A DNA stretch of 64,000 nucleotides from Obrimoposthia wandeli (Eukaryota): positions 310,001-374,000 of the forward strand of contig CDROCS010000562.1 in assembly GCA_977020255.1 (NCBI GenBank), in the 5' to 3' direction. The position numbers and the translations under genes were made by a program. The first letter of the stretch is position 1. The number at the start of each line of letters is the position of its first letter. Below are positions 9,901 through 18,598 of this stretch, in pieces. The notes under the pieces were generated by a model. The model had not been told where the DNA came from. It saw only the letters and a program-made list of their open reading frames with translations, and made no database searches.

Positions 9901-11666
9901 TAAAAGCACCAATATTAGGGTTTCCAGATATAAATCGAAAATTCATACTAATGACAGATGCAAGTAACTATGCTGTAGGAGCAGTATTGGGACAAGAGGA
10001 TGACGAAGGAAGAGAACACGTCATCGCGTATGCGAGTAGAGGATTAAACAGAGCCGAAAGAGGATACTCTGTTATCGAAAAGGAATGTCTAGCCATAGTG
10101 TATTCATGTAGACAGTACAGACACTATTTGCTAGGACAAAAAGTATTCCTGTATACAGATCACAAACCACTACAGTTCTTATATAAACATAGAGATGAGA
10201 TGAGTAGATTAAACAGATGGTTTCTAAAATTGGCCGAATTCGATCTAGAAATCCGTTATAGAACCGGAAAGTCGAACGGCAACGCAGATTGTTTGTCGAG
10301 ATTGACAAATGTAGACGAGAAAGGAAACATAATTCCAGAAGAAGATGAAACCAATGACCAAAAAGGAGAAGCAAATCTACTGACGATTTTGCTAAAGACG
10401 GGTAAAATAGACAAAGAGATCATCAAAGAACAGAAAGAAGATGAAGAACTGAGTCTAATCAAAGAATTGTTGGTGAATGGAGACCTAAACGATGAAATGA
10501 CGAAAAAATACTCGATAAAAGAAGGAATCTTGTATATTGTCAATAATGTCGGAAAGATAGTAGTAGTAATTCCGAAGTCATTGAAAACAGCAGTGATGAT
10601 CCAGTATCACGATGGAACACTAGGAGGACATCTGTCAGGGCGAAAGACAATAGCCAGAATCAAAGAGAAGTACCATTGGGATGGTATGGAAGACGACATA
10701 AAACAATGGTGTAAACAATGTAAAGTATGTTTAACCAGAAAAGACACCGGAACTCGTACTAAAGTTCCACTGAAACCAATGCCAGTTCCCTTGGCACCAA
10801 TGGAATTCACAGCGATGGATATATTGGGATCATTGAGAGAATCAAGTAAAGGAAACAAGTACGTCATAGTATTTACGGACTACATGACGAGATGGGTAGA
10901 AGCATATCCCATGCAAAACCAGAAAGCTGAAACAATAGCGCAAATCTTAGTGGAAGAGATAATATTTCGATACGGAGTGCCTAGAAAGTTGTTAACGGAT
11001 CAAGGTAAGAACTTCACTGGAGAAGTCATAAAAGCAGTATCGAAGATATTCGGAATCATGAAGTTACAAACTTCACCATATCACCCACAAACAGATGGTC
11101 TAGTAGAAAGGTTTAATAAAACTTTATGTATGATGGTACAATCCTATTGCTCAGACAAGCAAGAGGATTGGGATAAATATTTACCTTCATGTTTATATGC
11201 TTACAGGAATTCAGTTCGAGAGGCGACGGGTCACACACCATTCTATCTGATGTATCTCAGACAGAACAATATGCCGATGGATCTGGAGTGGACCCAGCCA
11301 ACATCTCAGTATCTAGAAACTGAACAATACATTGTCGTCATGAAGGAAAGATTACAAGATGCTTGGACCAAAGCCGGATTGAAGTTGAAATTCAATCAAG
11401 AAGGTTACAAGGAACAATACGACAAAAAAGCAAAACCACATGAATTTAGAGTCGGAGATCAAGTGATGATATTTTATCCAGTCATCGAACCAGGTCTATC
11501 GTTTAAACTGCATAGACCATACAAAGGACCATACAAGGTGATCCAAACAACCTCAACAAATTTGAAAGTAATCAACGAAGAGAATCGGAACAAGGAACCG
11601 ATGATTGTACATGCAAATCGATGTAAATTAGTACCAAATAAAGATAACACGTCACGATATGAGTAA
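6999..11666 (+). CDS. pol: ORF3: IAP module (BIR, degenerate BIR, RING) fused to Pol (retropepsin 2, dUTPase-like spacer, RT, RNase H, integrase)
   Basis: BIR C-x2-C-x16-H-x6-C at 7266-7349; RING CAVC..PCGH..C..C..CPICR at 8013-8132; LIDTGA (8295); RT LDLQSGYWQ, MPFGL, YIDD (9510-9521); RNase H TDAS..GAVL, TDHKPL; integrase H..GH..C..C, MDILG, TDQG, ERFNKTL, GPY. Confidence 0.95.
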   Translation: MGNSYQDKKQEALVKSILHYKNVNLGPQEMTRRKITYVNLSEKDPMRFEKKRRNILELYYSKEMARKMARSGLEMLNATSSYGHEIVVRCVLCRVKFREWEKNENPMRRHKRDAPNCPFLLKLKTSNVPEIQKGKAPDFDYSDEIPKGESALIVGRVVTNSRIEDIFEVMREVNECDEQYREITFEDPRLKKLAKKGLFAIKKDGKDVIKCHKCKKERIIDRYTLELPKKILHHEFCEFCMLKNKIKQKEQKTECIIEYQITRKEILAQQDTPVVSFVRRLYPKEAERIRELVELKIKTTRNGYGSIFELLRDKDDSTIETKEKEYINELEYVLEDPECAVCMVNKIEVAFLPCGHVRTCRRCANEMVSCPICRRIIDRQVRNIRFHYPNKGSGPTECNNSINTIYHMGNINGAQRPAAIIRVNNLRVKALIDTGAVASIVSEDCLTEEQKRTMAEPDEFLVSVNGDPVKVTGILPCTFIIGRNTITIPVRIMKECPEPTILGMNVLSQLKGISIDLQDPRLKDSTSNRQINQIDVIIENPIKIGKRSQFLIQGHTLSEDKGPVVFEPSRDFIEKYELPVVSTVCLIENHKIPVRLMNTTNNDILLYRGMRFGKIAQMENPTMCAMKLDKDTNDYEEIVIQSERLTTREKKQLLDLIHKFPKVIAKNPYDIGETPVIKHTIPLTEDKVVRRRPYRVPLQLQDEVKSQIEDMSKTGVIRPSFSPFSAPVVLVKKKDGKMRFCIDFRELNKITRKDVYPLPRIEEMLDTLGNSDFFTTLDLQSGYWQIEIEEEDKHKTAFSCGDGLYECEKMPFGLTGAPATFQRCMNFVLASCANTMVYIDDIIIFSKTFEEHLKNLEVVFKRLENAKLKVKPTKCEWAKERVTFLGHIVSKEGIRPNPAKIEKVKAHLAPKTVKEIQSFSGLANYYRRFVEHLSDIATPLRKLTRKDKKFIWGEEAQQAFEHLKERLIKAPILGFPDINRKFILMTDASNYAVGAVLGQEDDEGREHVIAYASRGLNRAERGYSVIEKECLAIVYSCRQYRHYLLGQKVFLYTDHKPLQFLYKHRDEMSRLNRWFLKLAEFDLEIRYRTGKSNGNADCLSRLTNVDEKGNIIPEEDETNDQKGEANLLTILLKTGKIDKEIIKEQKEDEELSLIKELLVNGDLNDEMTKKYSIKEGILYIVNNVGKIVVVIPKSLKTAVMIQYHDGTLGGHLSGRKTIARIKEKYHWDGMEDDIKQWCKQCKVCLTRKDTGTRTKVPLKPMPVPLAPMEFTAMDILGSLRESSKGNKYVIVFTDYMTRWVEAYPMQNQKAETIAQILVEEIIFRYGVPRKLLTDQGKNFTGEVIKAVSKIFGIMKLQTSPYHPQTDGLVERFNKTLCMMVQSYCSDKQEDWDKYLPSCLYAYRNSVREATGHTPFYLMYLRQNNMPMDLEWTQPTSQYLETEQYIVVMKERLQDAWTKAGLKLKFNQEGYKEQYDKKAKPHEFRVGDQVMIFYPVIEPGLSFKLHRPYKGPYKVIQTTSTNLKVINEENRNKEPMIVHANRCKLVPNKDNTSRYE

Positions 11667-11714
11667 AGATCACAGAAATCGAAGCCGAATACCAATACCA
11701 TTAAACTTACACGA

Positions 11715-14700
11715 ATGGTAAGTGATCGGAACTACATAAACATGATGACGAGTGGTAGCGAGGAAAAACCAGCGAGAATTGGTATGCTCAGAATGAAGCA
11801 CCAAGAGGAAAAGGAAGTAATCCGACACATCGCACCACAAGAGATATTAGAAGAAGATGAAGAGATAATAGTTGTTTTCGAAAAAACACAACCAACAGAT
11901 GTGGCTAAAGAAGTCATTGTGAAAGATGCACTGACAAACGAATTTCTGTGCGAACTTAGAGTGTCATACTACGACGGAAATACATTAGTCGCAGCACTAT
12001 ATCAAAACTCCAATGTGTTTACGACTGAGAAAGTGATAATCGAAATCACATTGACACCAAACATAGTTGCATGGCAGAACTATGACAGTACTGAAGCAGG
12101 ACTAGCCAGTCAGGAAGAGAAGGAACCGGCCGGTGGTCACATACTGCATGGTACACCAAAAAGACTCAAACAAGAATACCACGATGTAATAATGGTATTA
12201 CGTAATTCACATGGGAAAAGAGATATCATGAGAGTTCATTTAATCGACGCAGACACCGAAAAGATAATTTGTCAGATGGACACCAAATATTTTGACGGAA
12301 AGACAATTGTATGTTGTATACCAGAATCTCACCGGTTAGACACAGATCAAACGGAAGTATCTGTAAGGTTGAGTGTAATAGAAGGATTTCATTCGCCAAA
12401 CCAACCGGAAGTGGCTAACAATAAAATCATCAAAGCAACGGCAGAGTTACGCATTGACAGTGGATACCGGAAGTGGGAAGCTAAAAATAAAAAACCACAA
12501 AGAATCAATATGATCCGAGAACAAGTGACCAACTCAATCCAGCCAAAATATCATGCTGAAATAGTATCATCCGCGCCAAGTGTGATTACATCGATAAACG
12601 ACGAAATTATAATTTTACTAAAAAATCGATGGCCGTCATCAACCGAGATACGAGTAAATTTAATTAATTATGCGAAAACACCGATATCTAAGCTGAATGT
12701 TATCTATTTTGATGGATTGTCCATCATGGGTAAATTGGAAACAATTGTCATGTGCTATGGAGCACAGTTCCAAGTTGAGATACTTAAAGATAGCGTAATA
12801 CCGTATCCGATTCACAAATACGAAGGGGAAATCAATCCAATTATTCTAACCCCTTCATTAATTTCAGTTCAGACAGACATACCAGAATACCCTTCGAGCG
12901 AGTCTAGTCAAGACAGCGAACCAGAAAGTAACGATACAGAATCAACAGAATCCGAAGATAACATGATAGAGCGATTCGGAAAAACCATGGAGGTTGAATT
13001 CGCTAAAGAGAGCAGAAAAAGACAAAACATAGAATTCGTGAAACAGAATATACAAGAAAGACGAATTAAATCTGCAGAAGAGACCGAGTCGGAAGAAGAC
13101 TCAACAAAGGAACAGACATCAGAGACAAAGATGAATATCTCTCCAGCAATACGAATGCTGAGAGGGAAGAAACTGGCAAAACTATCCAACATCGACGAAC
13201 AGATAGAGAAGAGATTAGAAAGACTAAAACTTGAAGAGTCAGAATTATTGCCACCAATGAGCGAGATCATTCCAGATAAGTTATACCTCGGAAATGTGGA
13301 AGATGCAACAGATGAAAAGAAACTGTTGGAACAAGGGATAACATACGTGATCAACGTTACAATGAATCACAAATCGCAATATCAGACAATCAGAGCTATG
13401 ACATTAGGATTAAAAGACTCAATGGACGCTAATCTTCTCGAATGGTTCGTAGAAACAAACGAAATACTTCACAGAGAACTCCGAAACCAAGGAAAAGTGT
13501 TGGTACATTGTCAGAAAGGAATTTCTCGATCAGCAACTCTAGTATTAGCATATCTAATAAAGACTAGACGAATGCAGGTACTAGAAGCGCTAAAATACCT
13601 ACAGGAGAGAAGAAGTATTGCAAACCCAAATCTTAATTTTTTGGGACATTTGGCAAATTACCAACTTCTGTTGCAAGAACAAAGACGGATGGACGACATT
13701 CCTGAGGATCCAAAGGAAAAGAATTTCCTCCAAGCATTATCGTTGACCGGGTTATTCTTAGCCGGAGTCGACAAAATTACACAGATAATGCCAAAAGTAT
13801 TTTTATGTCATCCGGGAGATATAGATACTGCTGGATTAAAGTTCCACAGTATCAACCGAGTAATCAACATTGTTGAAGTCGGAAACGAGATAATTAGTCT
13901 GTGTCAAAATACTGAAGACGACACCACTCGATACATACATGCTTCTAATCGAGAGATAAACGATGCACAACAACATCTGACGAAATTGACTCAAACCATC
14001 CAAGCCGAAGTCACAGAAGGAAACGGCGTTCTGATATATCAGAAAAAAGGTACGATGTTAGCGCCTACCATAGGTGTATCCTTGTTGGTAGAGTACCATG
14101 GTCACACGCCAGAAGAAGCGATGGTCTACATCAAACAGAATAGACCAGATACGGAATTCAAACCGTTACTCGTTCGAGAAATAGAGAAGTACGCCGAAAA
14201 GAGGAAACAGCAACGAGAAACAAATGAAGCTACAACAACAGTGCCCAGCTTTCAATACCAAAGATTGCTAGCGATAGGCTTGTTAAGTTGTCTAATGCCG
14301 ATAACGGGAGCACAAGAGATAGGCTCCAACCACGGAAATAGTTCCTGGTTCAACGAAATCCACAACTACACCATACAGTACCATACGCAGGCACTGATGA
14401 TGCTATTAGTGTTGTTAGGATTAATTGATGTATGGATCATCCGAAAATGTCTCCAATCTATGAGAACCGACAGTAAAAGATTTCAGTTTGTAAAGATGAA
14501 AAGACCAAATGGACCAACGAACAAAGTGCTTGTGTATCTAGACGAAAGGATCGAGGACAACATAGTAAATGAAGCGATATTTTACCCACAAAACAGAATA
14601 CTGAATCAATTCCGAATAGATTACGAAGCTGACCGACAGCGCACACTTGACCGAATATCAACAACATTCGCCGGATGCAAGCGAAGAAAACGAATTGTAA

Positions 14701-16928
14701 AGGAAATACAAAAAGATGCTGATACAAAAGGACCGACGTATATATTCGACGGCGATGTCATCAAAACACGTGAGTATGGAAGTAAGAGAGTGATAATAGA
14801 AACGATGGAAGGACATAAAACATGCTTGTCCGCTAAAAATGGATTCGGAAAGTTGATGATACAAGGTAAACAGGTACAGTTGATTATCGGAAGAAATGGA
14901 ATCGAGGAGATGTCAAAACAACGACAGACAACAAAACGATCCAATCAGAAACAGATATCTCTCAAACGATTGATAATTAAAACCCTTTGCAAAAGGTCAG
15001 TCAAGGCCCTGTGCACCGTTGCACAAGGATTGATCTACGGAGTAGTAATTGGATTAGTACTACAAGCCATGCCAACCAGTAAAGCTGAAATGATGACATT
15101 ATACGAGTATAATCTACATTTGAGAAATCTAGACAACACCCTCGAAATAATCAAGACGTCCCACAGTAAAGCCGTAAGGATCATGTGTGTAAAAGGATGT
15201 CCAGGACGAATGTGTATAGTTCCAGCGACCGAAATGAAAACACTTAATGGACATTATGGAGTTAGTATTGTCACATGTGAAGACTACACATTTGGACAAA
15301 CTAAAATAGTACTTCTCAGTGACATGTCCAACCAAAGTGCACACAAATTTAAAATATTAACCATCAAGAGTAAAGGAATACCAGCAGTACGTTATGGTAT
15401 TCTAGAATTGGTTAATCCAATACTCGCACTGATCATTGGATTCATAATATTAATATTACTCATCTTGTTTTGTTGTACAAAGATAGAGTTGAGATCAAAA
15501 AAGAAACGTCATGATCTCGCAAGACGAACAGGTCAAATGAATTTACAAAAATTCAACACAAGTATACCAAGACCACCATTTCTAGATGAACCAGCACCGG
15601 AGTACCAGCCAACGATATATGAACATATCGAGGAAAGACCGTACTATATGAGTAATCTGAGTTGTTTCATTGAAATTCCTGAGTTTAGGAATCGAACGAT
15701 CATAGGAATCATGCTGATCATACAAATTACCACTACCAAGGCTAGTTATGAAATCATGATCAGTAAATGGAGACAAGATGTAATACGGGCGTTATACATA
15801 GAAATCCCTCTATTAAAAACAAATCACGTAGTAGACATTCATCTACAGACGTCAGCAACCGACAATATCGATCAGAAATTGTATGTCATCCGACAGGTCA
15901 GAATAAAGATCGACAAAAGTACACCCGATTACAACTTAATATTATTCTATCATGAAAGAGTGTTATACCTACGGATAACGATATCAAAAAGGAAGCGGAT
16001 TATCCAAAGTATCCGAACAAAGTCATTAATATTGCCTAGAGATGAGCGCATCTGGAAAATTGTCGACAGGATTATGATCACAGGTAGACGACGTAAAGCC
16101 GTATGGAATTCCGTTAGAATATTTTTCAGATTACTAGAAACTGACAAAGTAACAGTATCGTGTCCCAATCCAGATGGCGGAATCAGATTCGAAATCCAAA
16201 ACCAAATGTTAGTACCACATTTTGATACAGAATGTCTGTGTAATCGAATTCCCAGTAACACTACAGAGACCTCAACCATAATCATGGTAATAACAGGTGA
16301 AATATTCTACATAACTCTAAGATACCAGAACCGTCGATTTCGTAGATCCGGTATAAGTATCAAACCCAGGAAAATCATTCCCAAAAAACCAATCCTAGTC
16401 AAAAAGAAGGCAAAGATAAACGAAAGTAAACCCCATTCCAAAAAGCCGAACGTGATCAGAACAAAGACAGAAGCGAAAGAAAAAGAGCTAAATTCCAGAA
16501 ACCAAAGTACAGTTATTAAGAGGACAAGAGTGAGGGGAACGATCCCACTAGATCCCAAACATCATTTCCAATCCAAAATAATAATACCTGTTCTACCAGA
16601 AACAAAACACCCAAATCCACGAATTTTTAGAAAATCGGACATAATACATGGAAACCGATCAAAACCCATGGAAATGTCATTCGAACCGACAAACAACAAA
16701 ATGAAGTATGATTATCAATCATCAGATAGCGGAGTAACAGCGGTCAATGCTCTAATTGGAATGGCCGTAGTGTCAACAGCAGTGGTTCTATTGACAATCG
16801 TGTGCGTGAAAGGCAGTCAAGTATGCCCAAGAATACGACGAAAATGCGAAGGATTGCGATGCTGTGACAAACCCACCATGGAGGAAGTGGAATTGCGACC
16901 CTTACCTCCGCCTCCCATCAAGATATGA
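11715..16928 (+). CDS. ORF4: accessory polyprotein with 3x IPT/TIG-like repeats, dual-specificity phosphatase, inactive phosphatase copy, and several signal-peptide/TM modules
   Basis: Three ~80-aa repeats with a Y(Y/F)DG core; DUSP IIPDKLYLGN...VLVHCQKGISRSAT (HC at 13506); second DUSP-like domain with VLIYQKKGTMLAP; six hydrophobic segments; ends TGA TAA. Confidence 0.85.
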   Translation: MVSDRNYINMMTSGSEEKPARIGMLRMKHQEEKEVIRHIAPQEILEEDEEIIVVFEKTQPTDVAKEVIVKDALTNEFLCELRVSYYDGNTLVAALYQNSNVFTTEKVIIEITLTPNIVAWQNYDSTEAGLASQEEKEPAGGHILHGTPKRLKQEYHDVIMVLRNSHGKRDIMRVHLIDADTEKIICQMDTKYFDGKTIVCCIPESHRLDTDQTEVSVRLSVIEGFHSPNQPEVANNKIIKATAELRIDSGYRKWEAKNKKPQRINMIREQVTNSIQPKYHAEIVSSAPSVITSINDEIIILLKNRWPSSTEIRVNLINYAKTPISKLNVIYFDGLSIMGKLETIVMCYGAQFQVEILKDSVIPYPIHKYEGEINPIILTPSLISVQTDIPEYPSSESSQDSEPESNDTESTESEDNMIERFGKTMEVEFAKESRKRQNIEFVKQNIQERRIKSAEETESEEDSTKEQTSETKMNISPAIRMLRGKKLAKLSNIDEQIEKRLERLKLEESELLPPMSEIIPDKLYLGNVEDATDEKKLLEQGITYVINVTMNHKSQYQTIRAMTLGLKDSMDANLLEWFVETNEILHRELRNQGKVLVHCQKGISRSATLVLAYLIKTRRMQVLEALKYLQERRSIANPNLNFLGHLANYQLLLQEQRRMDDIPEDPKEKNFLQALSLTGLFLAGVDKITQIMPKVFLCHPGDIDTAGLKFHSINRVINIVEVGNEIISLCQNTEDDTTRYIHASNREINDAQQHLTKLTQTIQAEVTEGNGVLIYQKKGTMLAPTIGVSLLVEYHGHTPEEAMVYIKQNRPDTEFKPLLVREIEKYAEKRKQQRETNEATTTVPSFQYQRLLAIGLLSCLMPITGAQEIGSNHGNSSWFNEIHNYTIQYHTQALMMLLVLLGLIDVWIIRKCLQSMRTDSKRFQFVKMKRPNGPTNKVLVYLDERIEDNIVNEAIFYPQNRILNQFRIDYEADRQRTLDRISTTFAGCKRRKRIVKEIQKDADTKGPTYIFDGDVIKTREYGSKRVIIETMEGHKTCLSAKNGFGKLMIQGKQVQLIIGRNGIEEMSKQRQTTKRSNQKQISLKRLIIKTLCKRSVKALCTVAQGLIYGVVIGLVLQAMPTSKAEMMTLYEYNLHLRNLDNTLEIIKTSHSKAVRIMCVKGCPGRMCIVPATEMKTLNGHYGVSIVTCEDYTFGQTKIVLLSDMSNQSAHKFKILTIKSKGIPAVRYGILELVNPILALIIGFIILILLILFCCTKIELRSKKKRHDLARRTGQMNLQKFNTSIPRPPFLDEPAPEYQPTIYEHIEERPYYMSNLSCFIEIPEFRNRTIIGIMLIIQITTTKASYEIMISKWRQDVIRALYIEIPLLKTNHVVDIHLQTSATDNIDQKLYVIRQVRIKIDKSTPDYNLILFYHERVLYLRITISKRKRIIQSIRTKSLILPRDERIWKIVDRIMITGRRRKAVWNSVRIFFRLLETDKVTVSCPNPDGGIRFEIQNQMLVPHFDTECLCNRIPSNTTETSTIIMVITGEIFYITLRYQNRRFRRSGISIKPRKIIPKKPILVKKKAKINESKPHSKKPNVIRTKTEAKEKELNSRNQSTVIKRTRVRGTIPLDPKHHFQSKIIIPVLPETKHPNPRIFRKSDIIHGNRSKPMEMSFEPTNNKMKYDYQSSDSGVTAVNALIGMAVVSTAVVLLTIVCVKGSQVCPRIRRKCEGLRCCDKPTMEEVELRPLPPPPIKI

Positions 16929-17050
16929 TAAGTCAGAGGAGGTTGTAGATAATTAATGTATGAAATATGTAGAAATACCTAGAAGCAATTGTACAAATAG
17001 TAGAAATATATAAAACTCATGTAGAAATTAATCATCATCATGTATTTAGA

Positions 17051-17350
17051 ATGTCCGAAGAATGCCCAATATGTTTGGAAGATCTAACCGAACGAAGAAC
17101 AAGACCCGAAACCTGCAACCATTTACACCACGAGGAATGTTTATCGACATGGATCAGAACTTATGGACAGTTCGGACATCCAACATACCCTTGTTGCCCT
17201 GTATGCAGAAGACAATTCGCAAGATTCATCATGTTAGAACCCAACCAAGAGGATGTATATGTACAGGTGGTATTCTGTTGGAAGAATTTCGGAGAGTGTT
17301 GGTGTTACTACTGTTTGTCAGAACGACAAAATCCGACCACTTTTGTGTAA
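17051..17350 (+). CDS. Small RING-H2 protein 1 (putative E3 ligase) with C-terminal Cys motif
   Basis: CPIC...CNHLHHEEC...CPVC gives C3H2C3; tail CWKNFGECWCYYC. Confidence 0.85.
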   Translation: MSEECPICLEDLTERRTRPETCNHLHHEECLSTWIRTYGQFGHPTYPCCPVCRRQFARFIMLEPNQEDVYVQVVFCWKNFGECWCYYCLSERQNPTTFV

Positions 17351-17410
17351 ACATCACACAATCACCAGTCCTCAATCGAGCCCAAATTCAACATCAACCC
17401 TCTCACAGTA

Positions 17411-17716
17411 ATGTCTGGAGAATGTTCCATCTGCTACGAGAGCATCGTGGACTTCTACACCAAGCCCAACAACTGCGACCACCTCTTCCACATCGAATGC
17501 CTCGAGACGTGGATTCCCATCGCCAACAGCAACAATCCCCTCGACTTCCCAACCTGCCCGATGTGCAGAGCGACCTTCTCAGTGCACTACGTGTACAACC
17601 AGGACAGCCTCCAAGCAGTGGTACCCATAGTACACTGCTGGAAAACTATCTGCGATTGCTGGTGCTCGTTCTGCGTGGAGGAGCGACGCACAGGCCAGCC
17701 CAATTCCCAGCAATAA
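17411..17716 (+). CDS. Small RING-H2 protein 2 (paralog of RING 1)
   Basis: CSIC...CDHLFHIEC...CPMC; tail CWKTICDCWCSFC; collinear with RING 1. Confidence 0.85.
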   Translation: MSGECSICYESIVDFYTKPNNCDHLFHIECLETWIPIANSNNPLDFPTCPMCRATFSVHYVYNQDSLQAVVPIVHCWKTICDCWCSFCVEERRTGQPNSQQ

Positions 17717-18067
17717 TCGAAGGTAACTTTCTGACTTTGAACGTGACATCATGAACTACCCTGTGTATTGCATACCGCGATAAATTAGCTACCATAATTG
17801 TAATCATAATTGTATAATCTTGTGAAACTGTAAAATGACCATTACCATTTTTATGTATGTTGTTTAACTGAAATTGTAATTATTATACTGAAATTCTAAA
17901 AGACAATTTTTATGCCTAGTGTGAATGTGTAAACATGCCTAAAATCAGAACAAAACTCGGTAGGATTAAAAAACTAAAGGTTCATTTTGAAACTAAAATT
18001 TTAACCTTATAAATTAACGACGAAAACAGTTGAACCCCAAGTTGAAAGGAATCATTTTCTTGTGCAG

Positions 18068-18598
18068 ATGAAGTGTTCAGTATGCAGGGAGAAAATTTGG
18101 ACGGGATCGGCATCCCCTGTCGGCTGCCGTCACAAATTCCACGAGTCGTGCCTCTATTTGTGGGCCAAGGCTCGACCCCCAGGCCAAATCACATGCCCAT
18201 TGTGCCGGGCACCCTTTTGCAAGTGGACGCTCCAGTGCCGTGGACGATCCAAGGGCACCCGATCACCTGCCAGTTGCATTGGTGGCATACACTGCCAGTG
18301 CTACGTGTGTCTCGCACGCCGTCGCGACACACAATTGGGCATCCGCGAGCGATGGCGGTCTAGCCGCGACTGCCATTCATGGTTCCAGGCCAGACGCTTA
18401 TGGATGGAGAACCATGCGCTGAACGGGCAATATTTTGACCTATTTGTCGAGAGCCCGCACCTGACCCGGAGCCAGCAACTACACCTCTACAACGGGGACA
18501 GTCCGTCCTTTCCAGACCTACCCCTGGAGCAGGTCATGCGTTACCTAACTAGTCGGAACCAGCCGACAATTACAATCGATCTTACTAACGACAATTGA
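18068..18598 (+). CDS. RING-H2 protein 3 (diverged paralog with longer C-terminus)
   Basis: ATG at 18068; CSVC...CRHKFHESC...CPLC; tail CIGGIHCQCYVC. Confidence 0.8.
   Translation: MKCSVCREKIWTGSASPVGCRHKFHESCLYLWAKARPPGQITCPLCRAPFCKWTLQCRGRSKGTRSPASCIGGIHCQCYVCLARRRDTQLGIRERWRSSRDCHSWFQARRLWMENHALNGQYFDLFVESPHLTRSQQLHLYNGDSPSFPDLPLEQVMRYLTSRNQPTITIDLTNDN

Noticed and set aside
3267-11666. Non-standard genetic code (TAA/TAG read as sense) as the explanation for the in-frame stops
   Set aside because: Only three TAR codons occur in ~5470 codons, and RING 1, RING 2 and the M13 gene end in TAA/TAG, so the standard code applies.
724-16558. Many short antisense or alternate-frame ORFs overlapping ORF1-4 (e.g. 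1642-2043, 6506-6913, 12908-13354)
   Set aside because: Shadow ORFs expected from the A-rich codon bias and repeats; no motifs.
17062-17754. 230-aa alternate-frame ORF spanning RING 1 and RING 2
   Set aside because: No recognisable domain and overlaps two clear RING genes. C-rich codon usage suppresses stops in this frame. Not fully excluded without ribosome data.
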